Of a DNA stretch of 64,000 nt, positions 28,663-38,325 are shown piece after piece. The notes under the pieces were generated by a model. It saw nothing but the letters and a program-made list of their open reading frames with translations. It was not told the DNA's origin and did no database searches. The stretch comes from an uncultured Pseudomonadota bacterium (GTDB lineage Bacteria > Myxococcota_A > Polyangia > Fen-1088). Both the position numbers and the translations under genes were made by a program. How positions within the stretch are numbered: position 1 is the first letter of the stretch; every line of letters starts with the position of its first letter. The stretch spans positions 133,890-197,889 of the forward strand of contig CAWKBC010000010.1 of NCBI GenBank assembly GCA_963847705.1, written 5' to 3'.

Positions 28663-30499
28663 GCGGCTCGGCTGGCTGACCTTGGTCGCTGCCGCCCTGG
28701 TGGCGGCGCTCGGACAGCGCGGGCGAGCACCCACGTTCGATGCGGCGTCGTTCGGTCGGGCGCTCGACGCGCGCATCGCCGAGACGAAGACCGCGCTTCA
28801 TCGCCGGGTGGAGGAGCTGGCGAAGCTGCCGCAACTGGCCGCGGCGGTCTCGACGGACAGCCGGACGGTGCGGGATCTGACCCAGGACGAGCTGGCCTTC
28901 CGGCCGCAGCCCGAGGAGGCCATCGCGATCGGCCAGCTCCCAAAGACCGGCGGCTCGGCCACCGCCCCGCGCTCTCCCGTCATGCTGCTGGTCGCGCCAG
29001 AAGGAGCGGCGGCGCCCCCGCTCGACGTCGGGCCCTCTCACCTGGCCGTTTCGGGCGCGCGGCTGCTTCTCTCCCAGGCCGTTCGGGTGATTCCGCGGGA
29101 ACGCGCCGACGAGCTCGACGGCGTGATCGCCGTCAGCCGACCCGTCGATCTCGCTGGCCCGGAGGCGGCGCTGCTCGCCGTGGGCGCGCGCGCCGAGCTC
29201 TCCGCGGAAGGCGGAACGCTGTCGTTGGGCGCTCCGCCGGCGGAGGGCGCGCCGCGGAGAGCGGTGCCGCTGGCCGATTCATCGCTCGGCCTTCGGGCGA
29301 TGGTGCTCCCCCCGACCGCGCCTCGGGCGATCACCTCCTGGATCGTGGCGCTGGCGCTGGCCGGCCTGGCGCTCCTGCTCCTCCTCGGAGGCGGGCGGTC
29401 CGCTGCCAGACGCGCTCCAGCAGAAGCGCCTCGGTTCGCCACACCGGCCATCTGGTCGCCAGGATCGGGCTCGGGACCGATCCGGCTACCCGTCGCCGCC
29501 GCCGTCAAGTCGACGCCCACCGGGCTGCCCGCGGCGCCGATCGGCCGCATCGGCCGCTACGATCTGCTGCGCACGATCGGCTGGGGCGGAATGGCGCAGG
29601 TCTATCTCGGGCGCGCCACCGGCGAGGCGGGGTTCACCAAGCTGGTCGCGCTCAAGGTCTTGCAGCCCGAGCTCGCCTCGCAGCCGCAGGTCGTTCAGCA
29701 CTTTCTCGACGAGGCGCGCCTGGCCGCCCAGATCGATCACCCCAACGTCGTGCAGACCGTCGATCTGGGCCGCTCGGACGAGCACTATTTCATCGCCATG
29801 GAGTACGTCGACGGCGCCGACCTGTCGCGCCTCATCGAGATGAGCCGCCTGCGTGGGCTCGACGTCCCCATCATCGTGGCCTTGAGAATCCTCCGCCGGA
29901 TCTGCGACGGCCTGCACGCGGCCCACAGCGCCCACGACGCCGACGGGCTGGCGCTCGGGTTGGTCCACCGCGACGTCAAGAGCGCCAACGTCTTCGTCGC
30001 GCGCAACGGCGCGGTCAAGGTCGGCGACTTCGGGATCGCCAAGGCCTCCCAGGCCAGCCGGCTCTCCCGCACGGAGATCGGCCTGGTCAAAGGGACGCCG
30101 GGCTACATGGCCCCCGAGCAGCGGCTGGCCCAGACGGTGGACGGACGCGCGGATCTCTACGGCGTCGGCGCCATCGCCTACGAGCTTCTCTCCGGCACAC
30201 CGGTGAACCTCGACCTGGCGATCCTCGCTCAGAAGGGTCGCGACGGATGGCCCCACCTGGCGCCGCTCTCGTCGGTGCGCGCCGACGTCCCCCTAGCGCT
30301 GGAGGCGATCGTGATGAAGGCGCTCTCCTACGACCCGCAAGATCGCTTCGCCGACTGCGCGGCGCTGGAGTCGGCGCTGGAGGGCATGGCCGCGCTCTGC
30401 CCGCCACGCGCCGGCAGCAGGACCATCGCCGAGTGGGTCGGCGCGCTCCTCGCCCTGGAGGCCGCCACCCCCAAGCAGACCGCGGCCAACGACGCTTGA
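28643..30499 (+). CDS. membrane Ser/Thr kinase with extracytoplasmic N-terminal domain
   Basis: Two hydrophobic segments, then GWGGMAQVY, VALK, HRDVKSAN, DFG, GTPGYMAPE; start overlaps the globin gene stop by 20 nt. Confidence 0.88.
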   Translation: MGRRTGKRLGWLTLVAAALVAALGQRGRAPTFDAASFGRALDARIAETKTALHRRVEELAKLPQLAAAVSTDSRTVRDLTQDELAFRPQPEEAIAIGQLPKTGGSATAPRSPVMLLVAPEGAAAPPLDVGPSHLAVSGARLLLSQAVRVIPRERADELDGVIAVSRPVDLAGPEAALLAVGARAELSAEGGTLSLGAPPAEGAPRRAVPLADSSLGLRAMVLPPTAPRAITSWIVALALAGLALLLLLGGGRSAARRAPAEAPRFATPAIWSPGSGSGPIRLPVAAAVKSTPTGLPAAPIGRIGRYDLLRTIGWGGMAQVYLGRATGEAGFTKLVALKVLQPELASQPQVVQHFLDEARLAAQIDHPNVVQTVDLGRSDEHYFIAMEYVDGADLSRLIEMSRLRGLDVPIIVALRILRRICDGLHAAHSAHDADGLALGLVHRDVKSANVFVARNGAVKVGDFGIAKASQASRLSRTEIGLVKGTPGYMAPEQRLAQTVDGRADLYGVGAIAYELLSGTPVNLDLAILAQKGRDGWPHLAPLSSVRADVPLALEAIVMKALSYDPQDRFADCAALESALEGMAALCPPRAGSRTIAEWVGALLALEAATPKQTAANDA

Positions 30500-30596
30500 G
30501 ATCGAAGCGATGGCGCGGCGGCACGGGGGTCGTCGTTCGGGCGCGCGACGCCGTCGACGACCGGCGTTCTTTCCGTCCCGCGGTTAGAGTGCAGCG

Positions 30597-31604
30597 ATGA
30601 AAGCGATCGCCTACACGACCAGCGGCTTGCCGATCGAGGATCCCGCTTCCCTGATCGACATCGACCTTCCGACACCGAGCCCGGGGCCCCGCGATCTTCT
30701 GGTGGCGGTGAAGGCCGTCTCCGTCAATCCGGTCGACACCAAGGTCCGCCGCGGCACCGCGGTGACCGCGCCGCGCGTCCTCGGCTGGGACGCCGCCGGC
30801 GTGGTGAACGCCGTCGGTCCCGAGGTGACGCTGTTCAAGGTCGGCGATCCGGTCTTCTACGCCGGCTCGATCGCTCGCCCGGGCAGCAACAGCGAGCTCC
30901 ACCTGGTGGATGAACGAATCGTCGGCCACAAGCCCGCCTCACTCGGATTCGGCGAGGCCGCCGCGCTTCCGTTGACGTCGATCACCGCCTGGGAGCTGCT
31001 CTTCGATCGGCTCGGCGTCGCCGAGAACGGCGGCGCCGGCGCGAGCCTCCTGATCGTCGGCGCCGGCGGAGGCGTCGGTTCGATGCTGACCCAGCTCGCG
31101 CGCAGGCTGACGCGGCTCACGGTGATAGGCACTGCCTCGCGCCCGGAGACGCGCCAATGGGTCACCGACCTCGGCGCCCATCAGGTCGTCGACCACACGC
31201 GGCCTCTCGCCGCCGAGCTGGCGCGCATCGGCCTCGGCGCCGTCGCGTACGTCGCCAGCCTCACCCACACCGAGAAGCACTACGATCAGCTGATCGAGGC
31301 GCTGGCCCCGCAGGGGAGCCTGGGCCTGATCGACGATCCCAGGCAGCTGGATGCGGTCCCCCTGAAGCGCAAGTCTCTGTCGCTGCACTGGGAGCTGATG
31401 TTCACCCGCTCACTGTTCCAGACCCCCGACATGCTCCGCCAACACGAGATTCTGGATCGCCTCTCCGCGCTCATCGACGAGGGCGTCCTCAAGACGACGC
31501 TCGGCGAGCATTTCGGTCAGATCAACGCCGGCAACCTGTGCCGCGCCCACGCCCTGGTCGAAAGCGGCAAGGCGCGGGGGAAGATCGTGCTCGAGGGTTT
31601 TTGA
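30597..31604 (+). CDS. zinc-binding alcohol dehydrogenase family / NADPH:quinone oxidoreductase
   Basis: AVSVNPVDTK, LGWDAAG, ALPLTSITAWELLFDRL, GAGGGVGS, HWELMFTRS. Confidence 0.92.
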   Translation: MKAIAYTTSGLPIEDPASLIDIDLPTPSPGPRDLLVAVKAVSVNPVDTKVRRGTAVTAPRVLGWDAAGVVNAVGPEVTLFKVGDPVFYAGSIARPGSNSELHLVDERIVGHKPASLGFGEAAALPLTSITAWELLFDRLGVAENGGAGASLLIVGAGGGVGSMLTQLARRLTRLTVIGTASRPETRQWVTDLGAHQVVDHTRPLAAELARIGLGAVAYVASLTHTEKHYDQLIEALAPQGSLGLIDDPRQLDAVPLKRKSLSLHWELMFTRSLFQTPDMLRQHEILDRLSALIDEGVLKTTLGEHFGQINAGNLCRAHALVESGKARGKIVLEGF

Positions 31605-31647
31605 CCGCGACGTCCGGGGAACGATCGAACGGGCGGAGGCGCCGCCC

Positions 31648-32016
31648 TCAGCTCGCGCAGGGGCAGCAATAAAAGAGCACGTCGCTCGGCGTGGGGACTG
31701 GAATGACCGTGCACCCGAGCGTGGCGTCGGGCGCGGGGATCGCGCCAACGGCGCTGGAGCCGGTGCAGGTCATCGAGTAGTCCGACGCCGCGCAAGCGGG
31801 CTTGCAGCTCGTGCTGGTGGTGCAGATCTGAAACGACGAGCGGAAGCAACCCGCGACCGCGGCATCCGGGGCCTCCGAAACGCCCGCCGGAGACTGACAG
31901 GAGAGACTGCCGACCTGCGAGCCGGTGCCCAGCCGATCGCCATCACAGCCCAACGAGAGCCCGAGCGCGGACGAGAGTGCGAGAAGGATGACGGCACCGA
32001 TCGAAGCAGAGCGCAT
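31648..32016 (-). CDS. small Cys-rich secreted/lipoprotein
   Basis: Signal MRSASIGAVILLALSSALGLSLGC; many Cys, ends YCCPCAS. Confidence 0.65.
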   Translation of the reverse strand: MRSASIGAVILLALSSALGLSLGCDGDRLGTGSQVGSLSCQSPAGVSEAPDAAVAGCFRSSFQICTTSTSCKPACAASDYSMTCTGSSAVGAIPAPDATLGCTVIPVPTPSDVLFYCCPCAS

Positions 32017-32212
32017 TGCCCCAAACCTTACACATTCCGGGCCAACCCGTTGAGACGCTTCGGCCGCGGCCGAGGCGGTGCCCTCGGCGCCCCTCACCCT
32101 TCGAATGAGCGTCGCCAGTCCGCCGTCGCCTCTCAGGATTTTGAGGGTTGGCCGATCGAGGCGTCACGGATTTCCATCCGCTTCTACGCCATGGGCCCCT
32201 CGACTCCCGCCG

Positions 32213-32241
32213 TTGACACCCAGGATGGCGGCCCGTATTGT
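32213..32241 (+). promoter_or_regulatory. near-consensus sigma70 promoter for the MotA/MotB-like operon
   Basis: TTGACA-17 nt-TATTGT; implies the first gene starts downstream (GTG 32305), not at 32050. Confidence 0.6.
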
Positions 32242-32304
32242 CGCCGGCCCATTCGACGGCACGCGCTACGAAATCTGCTGGAGGCCGCGCGGGACCTGCC
32301 GCTC

Positions 32305-32862
32305 GTGACGGCGACCGAGCCGCTTCCCCCCAAAGGCGCTGACGAGCCCGGCGGGGTCACCGGCGGCGTGGCCTCGTTCGCTGCAGAGAGGGCGCGCGCC
32401 CTGGTCGCCGAGCCGGCGTCGGCCACAGAACCGGCGTCGCCCGGGGAGCCAACACGCGTGGAGCGGGACGATCTGCGCCCGGCGATCGCGGCGCTGCTCG
32501 AGCGGCTCGCGGCCCGGACCGAGCCGGCGCTGATCGCCTGCCTGCGGCGATCGCGCGAGGAGTGGGACCAGGCGGACTCTCTCACCGTCATCGACGCCGA
32601 CCTGGCGGACGAGATCGCGGCGCTGCGGCGGCGCCTCGCGGGGGGCGGCGAGCGCCTGGCCTCCAGGGCGCGGCGGGCGATCGCGCTCGAGGGCCTCCTC
32701 GCCGTCGACGCTTCGGTCGCGCTGGTGCGGCTGTTCGAGCGGCGCCTCGCCTCGTTGCTGCGTTTGCGGCTGCGCTCGGCCACCCCCGACCTTCTCCCCG
32801 AGGGGCGCCCCTTCCTGGATCTCGGGCGCGCCTTGCACGAGGTCGCGGGGGCGTGGCGATGA
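32305..32862 (+). CDS. hypothetical helical protein, first gene of Zorya-like operon
   Basis: In frame with ORF 32050..32862; stop overlaps the next start (ATGA); no motif firmly recognised. Confidence 0.6.
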   Translation: MTATEPLPPKGADEPGGVTGGVASFAAERARALVAEPASATEPASPGEPTRVERDDLRPAIAALLERLAARTEPALIACLRRSREEWDQADSLTVIDADLADEIAALRRRLAGGGERLASRARRAIALEGLLAVDASVALVRLFERRLASLLRLRLRSATPDLLPEGRPFLDLGRALHEVAGAWR

Positions 32863-34328
32863 CCCGCGCGCGCTGGTTCACCGGCGCGCTCATCGGCGCG
32901 GCCGCGATGATCGTCGCCAGCGAAGCCCTCGCGACCTACGTCGCGGAGCGGCTGGTCGTGGGGATCGTCGCGGTGGTCGTTCTCATGGGCGTGCTGGCGA
33001 TCGGCCTCGCCAGCCTGGCGCGCGCGCGGCGATACATCGCGCGCGAGCTCTCGGCGCTCCGCGCGGAGACGCCCTCGGGTGCCCTCTACGGGGCGCGCCG
33101 CGCGCATCTGGTGGCGCTGCGCCGCCGTGGAGTCGAACCCGATCTGGATGTCCTCGCCGACGCGACGGCCGCCGACGAGGCGGAGCGCGGGTACACCGGG
33201 CGATACCTGGTGGCGACGACCGTGCTCATCGGGCTGGTCGGCACCTTCGGCGGGCTGATGGAGACGCTCGGGCGCCTGGCGCCCTTGCTCAAGGGCGACC
33301 TGCCGTCGAGCTCCGACGGGCCGGCAGGCGCGTTCGCGCTCATCGCTGGGCCGCTCGCCGGGCTGCACGTCACGTTCGGGACCAGCGTCGTCGCCATCCT
33401 GGTGACGCTGGCGCTGGCGTTGATCCAGGGCGACGTCACCCTGCACCATGAGCGGCTGCTCGCGCTCTTGCACGAACGAACGCGCCACGTGCTCGTCCCC
33501 GAGCTGTGGCCGGCCGACGCCAGCGCGGCGGAGCGCACGGTGCGCGCGCTGCGCGAGCTTCAGGCCTTCGTCGCAGAGTCCTTGACCGCGAGCTCATCGG
33601 CGAGCGCCGAGAGGATCGCCGGCGTCGTGCGCCTGGAGGTGCAGCGACTCGTCGCGCAGATCGGGAGCGAGATGAAGGCGGCGGCCGCCGACCAGACGGC
33701 GGCACTGGAACGCACGGGCACCAACCTGACGGACGAGCTCCGGCGGACGACGGAGGCGGCGGGGCAGTCGCTCCGCGACGCCGCGACCACCTCGCGCGAC
33801 ACGATGACGGCGGCGGCCACGGTCGCAGGCGAGGCGATCGGGGCGGCGGCGAAGGCCTCTCGCGAATCGGTCGACCTGGCCGCGACGGCCTCCCGCCAGG
33901 CCTTCGAATCGGCAGCCGCGGCGACGCGCCAGGAGATGGCGGCGGCCATCGCGGCGCTCGCCTCCACGACGGCGCGGACCTCGGAGTCCATCGCGACCTC
34001 GACGGGGGCGGCGGTCGCGTCGCTCGGCGAGCTGCGTGGCAGCCTGAGCACGCAGCTCGAGGGCTCATCGCGGGCGCTCGCCACCGCCGCCGCCGACCTT
34101 CGGGGCACGGCCGGCGTTCTGTCGACCACGCTCGCAGATCTCGCGCCGCAGCTGGGCGCGCTGGGCGCCGAGATCGCGCTCTTGGCGGCGCGCGCTGACA
34201 GCCCCGAGCCGTCGAACGCCGTGCTCGACGAGCTCGTCCACCTCGGCGAGGATGTCGAGCGCCTCCTGGCGTCGAGCCAGCGGGCCGCCGCCGCGACCGA
34301 GGTCGCGACGCACGAGGCCGAGTCGTGA
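32859..34328 (+). CDS. MotA/TolQ/ExbB-family proton-channel protein with long Ala-rich helical tail (ZorA-like)
   Basis: TM motifs LIGLVGTFGGL and TFGTSVVA; ~280-aa amphipathic helical C-terminal tail. Confidence 0.78.
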   Translation: MTRARWFTGALIGAAAMIVASEALATYVAERLVVGIVAVVVLMGVLAIGLASLARARRYIARELSALRAETPSGALYGARRAHLVALRRRGVEPDLDVLADATAADEAERGYTGRYLVATTVLIGLVGTFGGLMETLGRLAPLLKGDLPSSSDGPAGAFALIAGPLAGLHVTFGTSVVAILVTLALALIQGDVTLHHERLLALLHERTRHVLVPELWPADASAAERTVRALRELQAFVAESLTASSSASAERIAGVVRLEVQRLVAQIGSEMKAAAADQTAALERTGTNLTDELRRTTEAAGQSLRDAATTSRDTMTAAATVAGEAIGAAAKASRESVDLAATASRQAFESAAAATRQEMAAAIAALASTTARTSESIATSTGAAVASLGELRGSLSTQLEGSSRALATAAADLRGTAGVLSTTLADLAPQLGALGAEIALLAARADSPEPSNAVLDELVHLGEDVERLLASSQRAAAATEVATHEAES

Positions 34329-34960
34329 GACGCCGCCGCGCGCCCGTCGAGCTCTTTCCCGTCAACGTGTGGCCACCGTTCATCGACGCGGTGGTGTTGA
34401 CGCTGGCGGCATTCGTGCTGCTGACGATCGTGGCCCTGGCGGCCCAGCGGACGTTGCAAAAGCGCGTTCGCGAAGGCGATCGCGCGCTGCAGTCGTTGCG
34501 CGCCGACAAGGAGCGGATCGAGCGCCGCCTGCGCGCGCTCGCCCCCAGCGGCACCATCGAGATCGAAGAGGGCAAGGTCATCCTGCAGGGCGAGGTCCTG
34601 TTCGACTCGGGCTCGGACGCCCTGCGCCCGGAGGGGCGCCTCTTCCTCGAGCGCATGGGGCCGAAGCTCGAGACGCTGCTGGAAGCGGAGCCTGGGCAGA
34701 TGGTGTTCGTGGGGGGCCACACCGACGACCGCGTCCTGCGCGGCAACGCGCCCTTCGCGTCGAACTGGGCTCTGTCTGCGGCGCGCGCCCTGGCGGTGAC
34801 GCGGGTCCTGATCGGGGCCGGCCTCGACGGCCACCGCATCGTGGCGGCCGGCTTCGGCGCCGAGCACCCCCGCGTCGCCAACACCGACGAGGCCGCGCGG
34901 CGCAAGAACCGCCGCATCGAGGTCCTCCTCGTCCCCATGGGCTCGGTGGCGTCGCGGTGA
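34325..34960 (+). CDS. MotB/OmpA-family protein (ZorB-like)
   Basis: WPPFIDAV TM with the conserved Asp; VLFDSGS, GHTD, NWALSAARA, AGFG, NRRIE. Confidence 0.88.
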   Translation: MRRRRAPVELFPVNVWPPFIDAVVLTLAAFVLLTIVALAAQRTLQKRVREGDRALQSLRADKERIERRLRALAPSGTIEIEEGKVILQGEVLFDSGSDALRPEGRLFLERMGPKLETLLEAEPGQMVFVGGHTDDRVLRGNAPFASNWALSAARALAVTRVLIGAGLDGHRIVAAGFGAEHPRVANTDEAARRKNRRIEVLLVPMGSVASR

Positions 34961-35418
34961 CGGCCGACCGCCTCTCGGCGCCGCTGTTGCGATTGGCGTC
35001 GCGCGTGCTCGGCGCGGTGCCGCCGCTCGAGGCGCTCGAGGCGGTGGGCGCGGTGCGGGCGTTCACCGACGGTCCGTCGCCCGCCCGCTACCTGGCGGCG
35101 ACGCGCCTCTTGCGTCACGCCGAGCGGCGCCACAAGCTGGGCGCGCTCGGTCGTCTGGTGGGTCACCGCCGAACGGAGCAGAGCCTCGATCTGCTCGCGC
35201 GCGGCACGGCGCTGGCGCCCGAGCTCCTGCACGCCTTACATGGGTTGCCGCCCGACGCGCGCAACGGCCGCCGTCTCACGTTGATCTCCGAGCTGTTGGC
35301 CGCGCATCGCTTGATCGACGCGCGCACCTCGGGCGCCCTGCTCGAGCTGCGACGGTCCCTCGGTCCCGTGCCGGCTCCGACGGCCGCCGAGCGCCGCCGC
35401 AAGCAACGCGGACGCTGA
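34957..35418 (+). CDS. hypothetical basic helical protein, fourth gene of Zorya-like operon
   Basis: GTG start overlaps the MotB-like stop (GTGA); 153 aa; no family firmly recognised. Confidence 0.6.
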   Translation: MTADRLSAPLLRLASRVLGAVPPLEALEAVGAVRAFTDGPSPARYLAATRLLRHAERRHKLGALGRLVGHRRTEQSLDLLARGTALAPELLHALHGLPPDARNGRRLTLISELLAAHRLIDARTSGALLELRRSLGPVPAPTAAERRRKQRGR

Positions 35419-35426
35419 ACAGCCCA

Positions 35427-36029
35427 ATGGCCGACATGCTCCCCCGCGCAATCACGAAAGAAGCGCTCGCCGCGCTGCCGATCCGGCGCTACGACGGCGA
35501 GGTGAGCCTGGCGGCCACGCCCGAGGAGCTCGAACGGGCAATGGAGGAGATCCGCGCCGAAGGCGTCGCCGGCTTCGACACCGAGACGCGGCCCGCCTTC
35601 AGAAAGGGCGAGAGTTACCTTCCGTCCCTGATCCAGGTGGCCACCGCGCGCAGGGTGCACCTGTTCCCGCTGTCCCGACTCGATTGCTCAGCGGCCGCCG
35701 CCGAGCTGCTGGGCAGCCCGGCCACCGTCAAGGCGGGCATCGGCCTCCAGTACGACCTCGGCCAGTTGAAGCGCCTGTTCCCGTTCGACGCCGCCGCGGT
35801 GGTCGACCTGGGCGAGGTCGCGAAGCGCCACGGCCTCCAGCAGTCGGGCGTGCGCAACCTGGCCGGACTCTTTCTCGGCTTCAGGATTCCCAAGGGCGCC
35901 CAGACATCGAACTGGGCCGCGCCCCGCCTCTCGGAGCAGCAGCTCCGTTACGCCGCCACCGATGCCTGGGCTTGCCGCGAGCTGTACCTGCGCTTCGAAC
36001 AGCTCGGAATGCTGACGGCCAGTCGATAG
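35427..36029 (+). CDS. DEDDy 3'-5' exonuclease (WRN/RNase D-like)
   Basis: ExoI GFDTETRP, ExoII QYDL, ExoIII YAATDA; SNW motif. Confidence 0.9.
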   Translation: MADMLPRAITKEALAALPIRRYDGEVSLAATPEELERAMEEIRAEGVAGFDTETRPAFRKGESYLPSLIQVATARRVHLFPLSRLDCSAAAAELLGSPATVKAGIGLQYDLGQLKRLFPFDAAAVVDLGEVAKRHGLQQSGVRNLAGLFLGFRIPKGAQTSNWAAPRLSEQQLRYAATDAWACRELYLRFEQLGMLTASR

Positions 36030-36062
36030 GTCGCCTGGTCGGCGCGGGCGCTCTCACGCACG

Positions 36063-36626
36063 TCAGCGCCTCGTGTCGTACCTGGTCAGGACCACGCCCC
36101 CGGAAAACGTCCGCGTCTCCACCAGGTTCAGGTTCACCCAGCTGTCCAGCGCGGTGAAGAACGGTGTGCCGCCACCCACCAGGATCGGATGGGTGACGAT
36201 TGCGTACTCGTCGACCAGCCCGGCCCGCATGGCCGCCCCAGCGAGCGTCGCGCCACCGACCCGCATCGGCCCACCGTCCTCGGCTTTGAGCCGGGTGATC
36301 TCGGCGACCGCGTCACCGGCGACCAGGCGGGCGTTCCAGTCAACCTTGTCGATCGTCGAGGAGAACACCACCTTCGGCGTGTCCCGCCAGTTCCGCGCGA
36401 ACGCGATCTGCGCCGGCGTGGCGCCCGGCTGCTGGTCGCCGGTCGGCCAGTAGGAGCTCATGGTCTCCCACAGCTTGCGCCCGTACAGGAGCAGGTCGAT
36501 CGCCAGCTCCTGGTCGAGCCACCACTGGAACAGCTCGTCGCTCGGCCCGCTCCAGCCGAGATCGTCACCGGGCGCGGCGATATAGCCGTCCAGGGTCAGG
36601 TTCATCCCGTAGGTCAGTTTCCGCAT
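36063..36626 (-). CDS. dihydrofolate reductase / RibD C-terminal family protein
   Basis: NLTLDGYIA, LLYGRK, PKVVFSST, VGGATLA, GLVDEY, PILVGGG. Confidence 0.9.
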   Translation of the reverse strand: MRKLTYGMNLTLDGYIAAPGDDLGWSGPSDELFQWWLDQELAIDLLLYGRKLWETMSSYWPTGDQQPGATPAQIAFARNWRDTPKVVFSSTIDKVDWNARLVAGDAVAEITRLKAEDGGPMRVGGATLAGAAMRAGLVDEYAIVTHPILVGGGTPFFTALDSWVNLNLVETRTFSGGVVLTRYDTRR

Positions 36627-36798
36627 GGCGCCATGCCCTTCTGTCGATCGGTCTCGGGAGTCTAGACCCGGCTCAGCGCAGGAGACCGATCAACGCGCGA
36701 TCTGAGTTCGCCGGGTAGTCTTTCGCACTCGGGGCGCAGCGTCGCCTACTCGGCCGACCAGACGCCGACACACGCGGAATTCTCGAATGATTTAGGAG

Positions 36799-36851
36799 TG
36801 CCGGAGACGAGACTTGAACTCGTAAGCCCTTGCGAGCGGCGGATTTTGAGT
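36799..36851 (-). repeat. displaced 3' half of tRNA-Leu(CAA) (att-site direct repeat)
   Basis: Matches 38329..38381 (anticodon loop to discriminator) except in the variable-arm loop (TTGCGA vs GTGAAG on + strand); no CCA. Confidence 0.88.
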
Positions 36852-36916
36852 GCGTTGACGAAATAACGCGTGGGCTCACTTCATAGCTAACCTTCTTTCG
36901 CGCACTGTGCACTGTC

Positions 36917-38035
36917 GTGCATGTGCCCGGGCGTAAGAACAGCTCATCCTCGGCGACGAGCAGGGCGGGCAGGGTCGCACCTCGGCCGGAGACACCGCTG
37001 ATCGACGCGCGTCTCGGCGCGATCCTCCAGGGGCGGTACTCGATCCGAGCTCAGCTCGCGACGGGCGCGATGGGCACGGTGTATCGCGGCGAGCGCCTCG
37101 GCGTCGGGCGGCCGGTCGCGATCAAGTTTCTGAGCCCCGCAGTCGCCGAGCAGTCGGCGTTCTACGATCAGTTCCGCAACGAGCTGCGCGCGCTCAGTCG
37201 CGTCTGCCACCCCAACTGCGTCTCGATAATCGACTTCGGTGTCGAGGGAACTCCGTACGTCGTCATGGAGCTGCTCGGCGGCGTCTCGCTCCGCCAGTTG
37301 CTGAACGGCAAGGTCGGTCGGATCCAACCGCCGCGCGTGCTTCACCTGGCGCGCCAGTTGCTCGCGGGGCTCGCGCACGTTCACATGCAGGGGATCGTCC
37401 ACTGCGACGTCAAACCGGAGAACCTGCTGGTGAGCAATGAGCCCGGCTTCGACGATCACCTGCGCATCGTCGACTTCGGCCTGGCCCGGCTGCACGACGA
37501 CCCGACCGGGTCGGCGGGATTTGCAATCGGCACCCCCAGCTACATGGCGCCCGAGCAGTGCAGCCGCGAGCAGATCACCGATGAACGCACGGACCTCTAT
37601 GCGGTCGGGGTGCTGCTCTTCGAGATGCTCACGGGCTCAAAGCCGTTCACGTCGTCGGAGATTGGCGACATCATCCGCATGCACATCGAAGGCCCGATCC
37701 CGCGTATCCGCGAGCTGGCACCAAGGGCGGGGCTCTCCGAGTCGCTGGAGGCCGTGGTCGCACGAGCGATGGCCAAGGCCCCCGGTGATCGCCATCCCAC
37801 GGCGGCAGCATTCGCCGCGGCGCTCGACGCGACGCCGGAGGGATCGGCGCGCCGCGAGCGCCCGCCCGTCGTCGAGCACCGCGCGCCACCCCCCCGCGCG
37901 CGCTCCGCCGTCCAGCAACGGCGGGCGGGGCCGCTGCCGCTTTGGGCGACGCCGCCGCCGCTGCCCGTCGACGTCACCCGTGCCCGCGCCTTCCTGGGTG
38001 AGTCCGGGGCACCCAAGCGTCATCGACCGATCTGA
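36917..38035 (+). CDS. cytoplasmic Ser/Thr kinase (non-RD)
   Basis: ATGAMGTVY, VAIK, HCDVKPEN, DFG, GTPSYMAPE; no TM seen. Confidence 0.88.
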   Translation: MHVPGRKNSSSSATSRAGRVAPRPETPLIDARLGAILQGRYSIRAQLATGAMGTVYRGERLGVGRPVAIKFLSPAVAEQSAFYDQFRNELRALSRVCHPNCVSIIDFGVEGTPYVVMELLGGVSLRQLLNGKVGRIQPPRVLHLARQLLAGLAHVHMQGIVHCDVKPENLLVSNEPGFDDHLRIVDFGLARLHDDPTGSAGFAIGTPSYMAPEQCSREQITDERTDLYAVGVLLFEMLTGSKPFTSSEIGDIIRMHIEGPIPRIRELAPRAGLSESLEAVVARAMAKAPGDRHPTAAAFAAALDATPEGSARRERPPVVEHRAPPPRARSAVQQRRAGPLPLWATPPPLPVDVTRARAFLGESGAPKRHRPI

Positions 38036-38325
38036 CGGTCAACTTCGCGCCCGCATCCCCTCCGGGCCTCGCGCCCCTCGGCAACCTGCGCCACCACATT
38101 TCGATCGTTGCTCGCCATGCTGCCCGGCGGCGGCTACTCGCGATCGCTGCGGCCGGAGAAGGAATCGCGGTCCACTGCGCTCAGGATCTCGATCTCAAGG
38201 AGCCGGGGATCGAGCAGCGCCATGCACACGCGAGGATACCGAAAAGCGCGCGGATGGCGCGGGCCGCCTTCCTACCGACATCGCTGCGCGCCCTCCCCCA
38301 CCGCGAGATTCCCGAATGATTCTGC

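Noticed and set aside
32136-32145. GGATTTTGAG as a third tRNA-Leu att fragment bounding the Zorya-like operon
   Set aside because: Only 10 bp match and the flanking tRNA sequence is absent; may be chance
32859-34960. Flagellar MotAB or Tol/Exb/gliding motor
   Set aside because: No flagellar, TonB or TolA genes nearby; an OmpA-type partner plus a long helical tail fits ZorAB better
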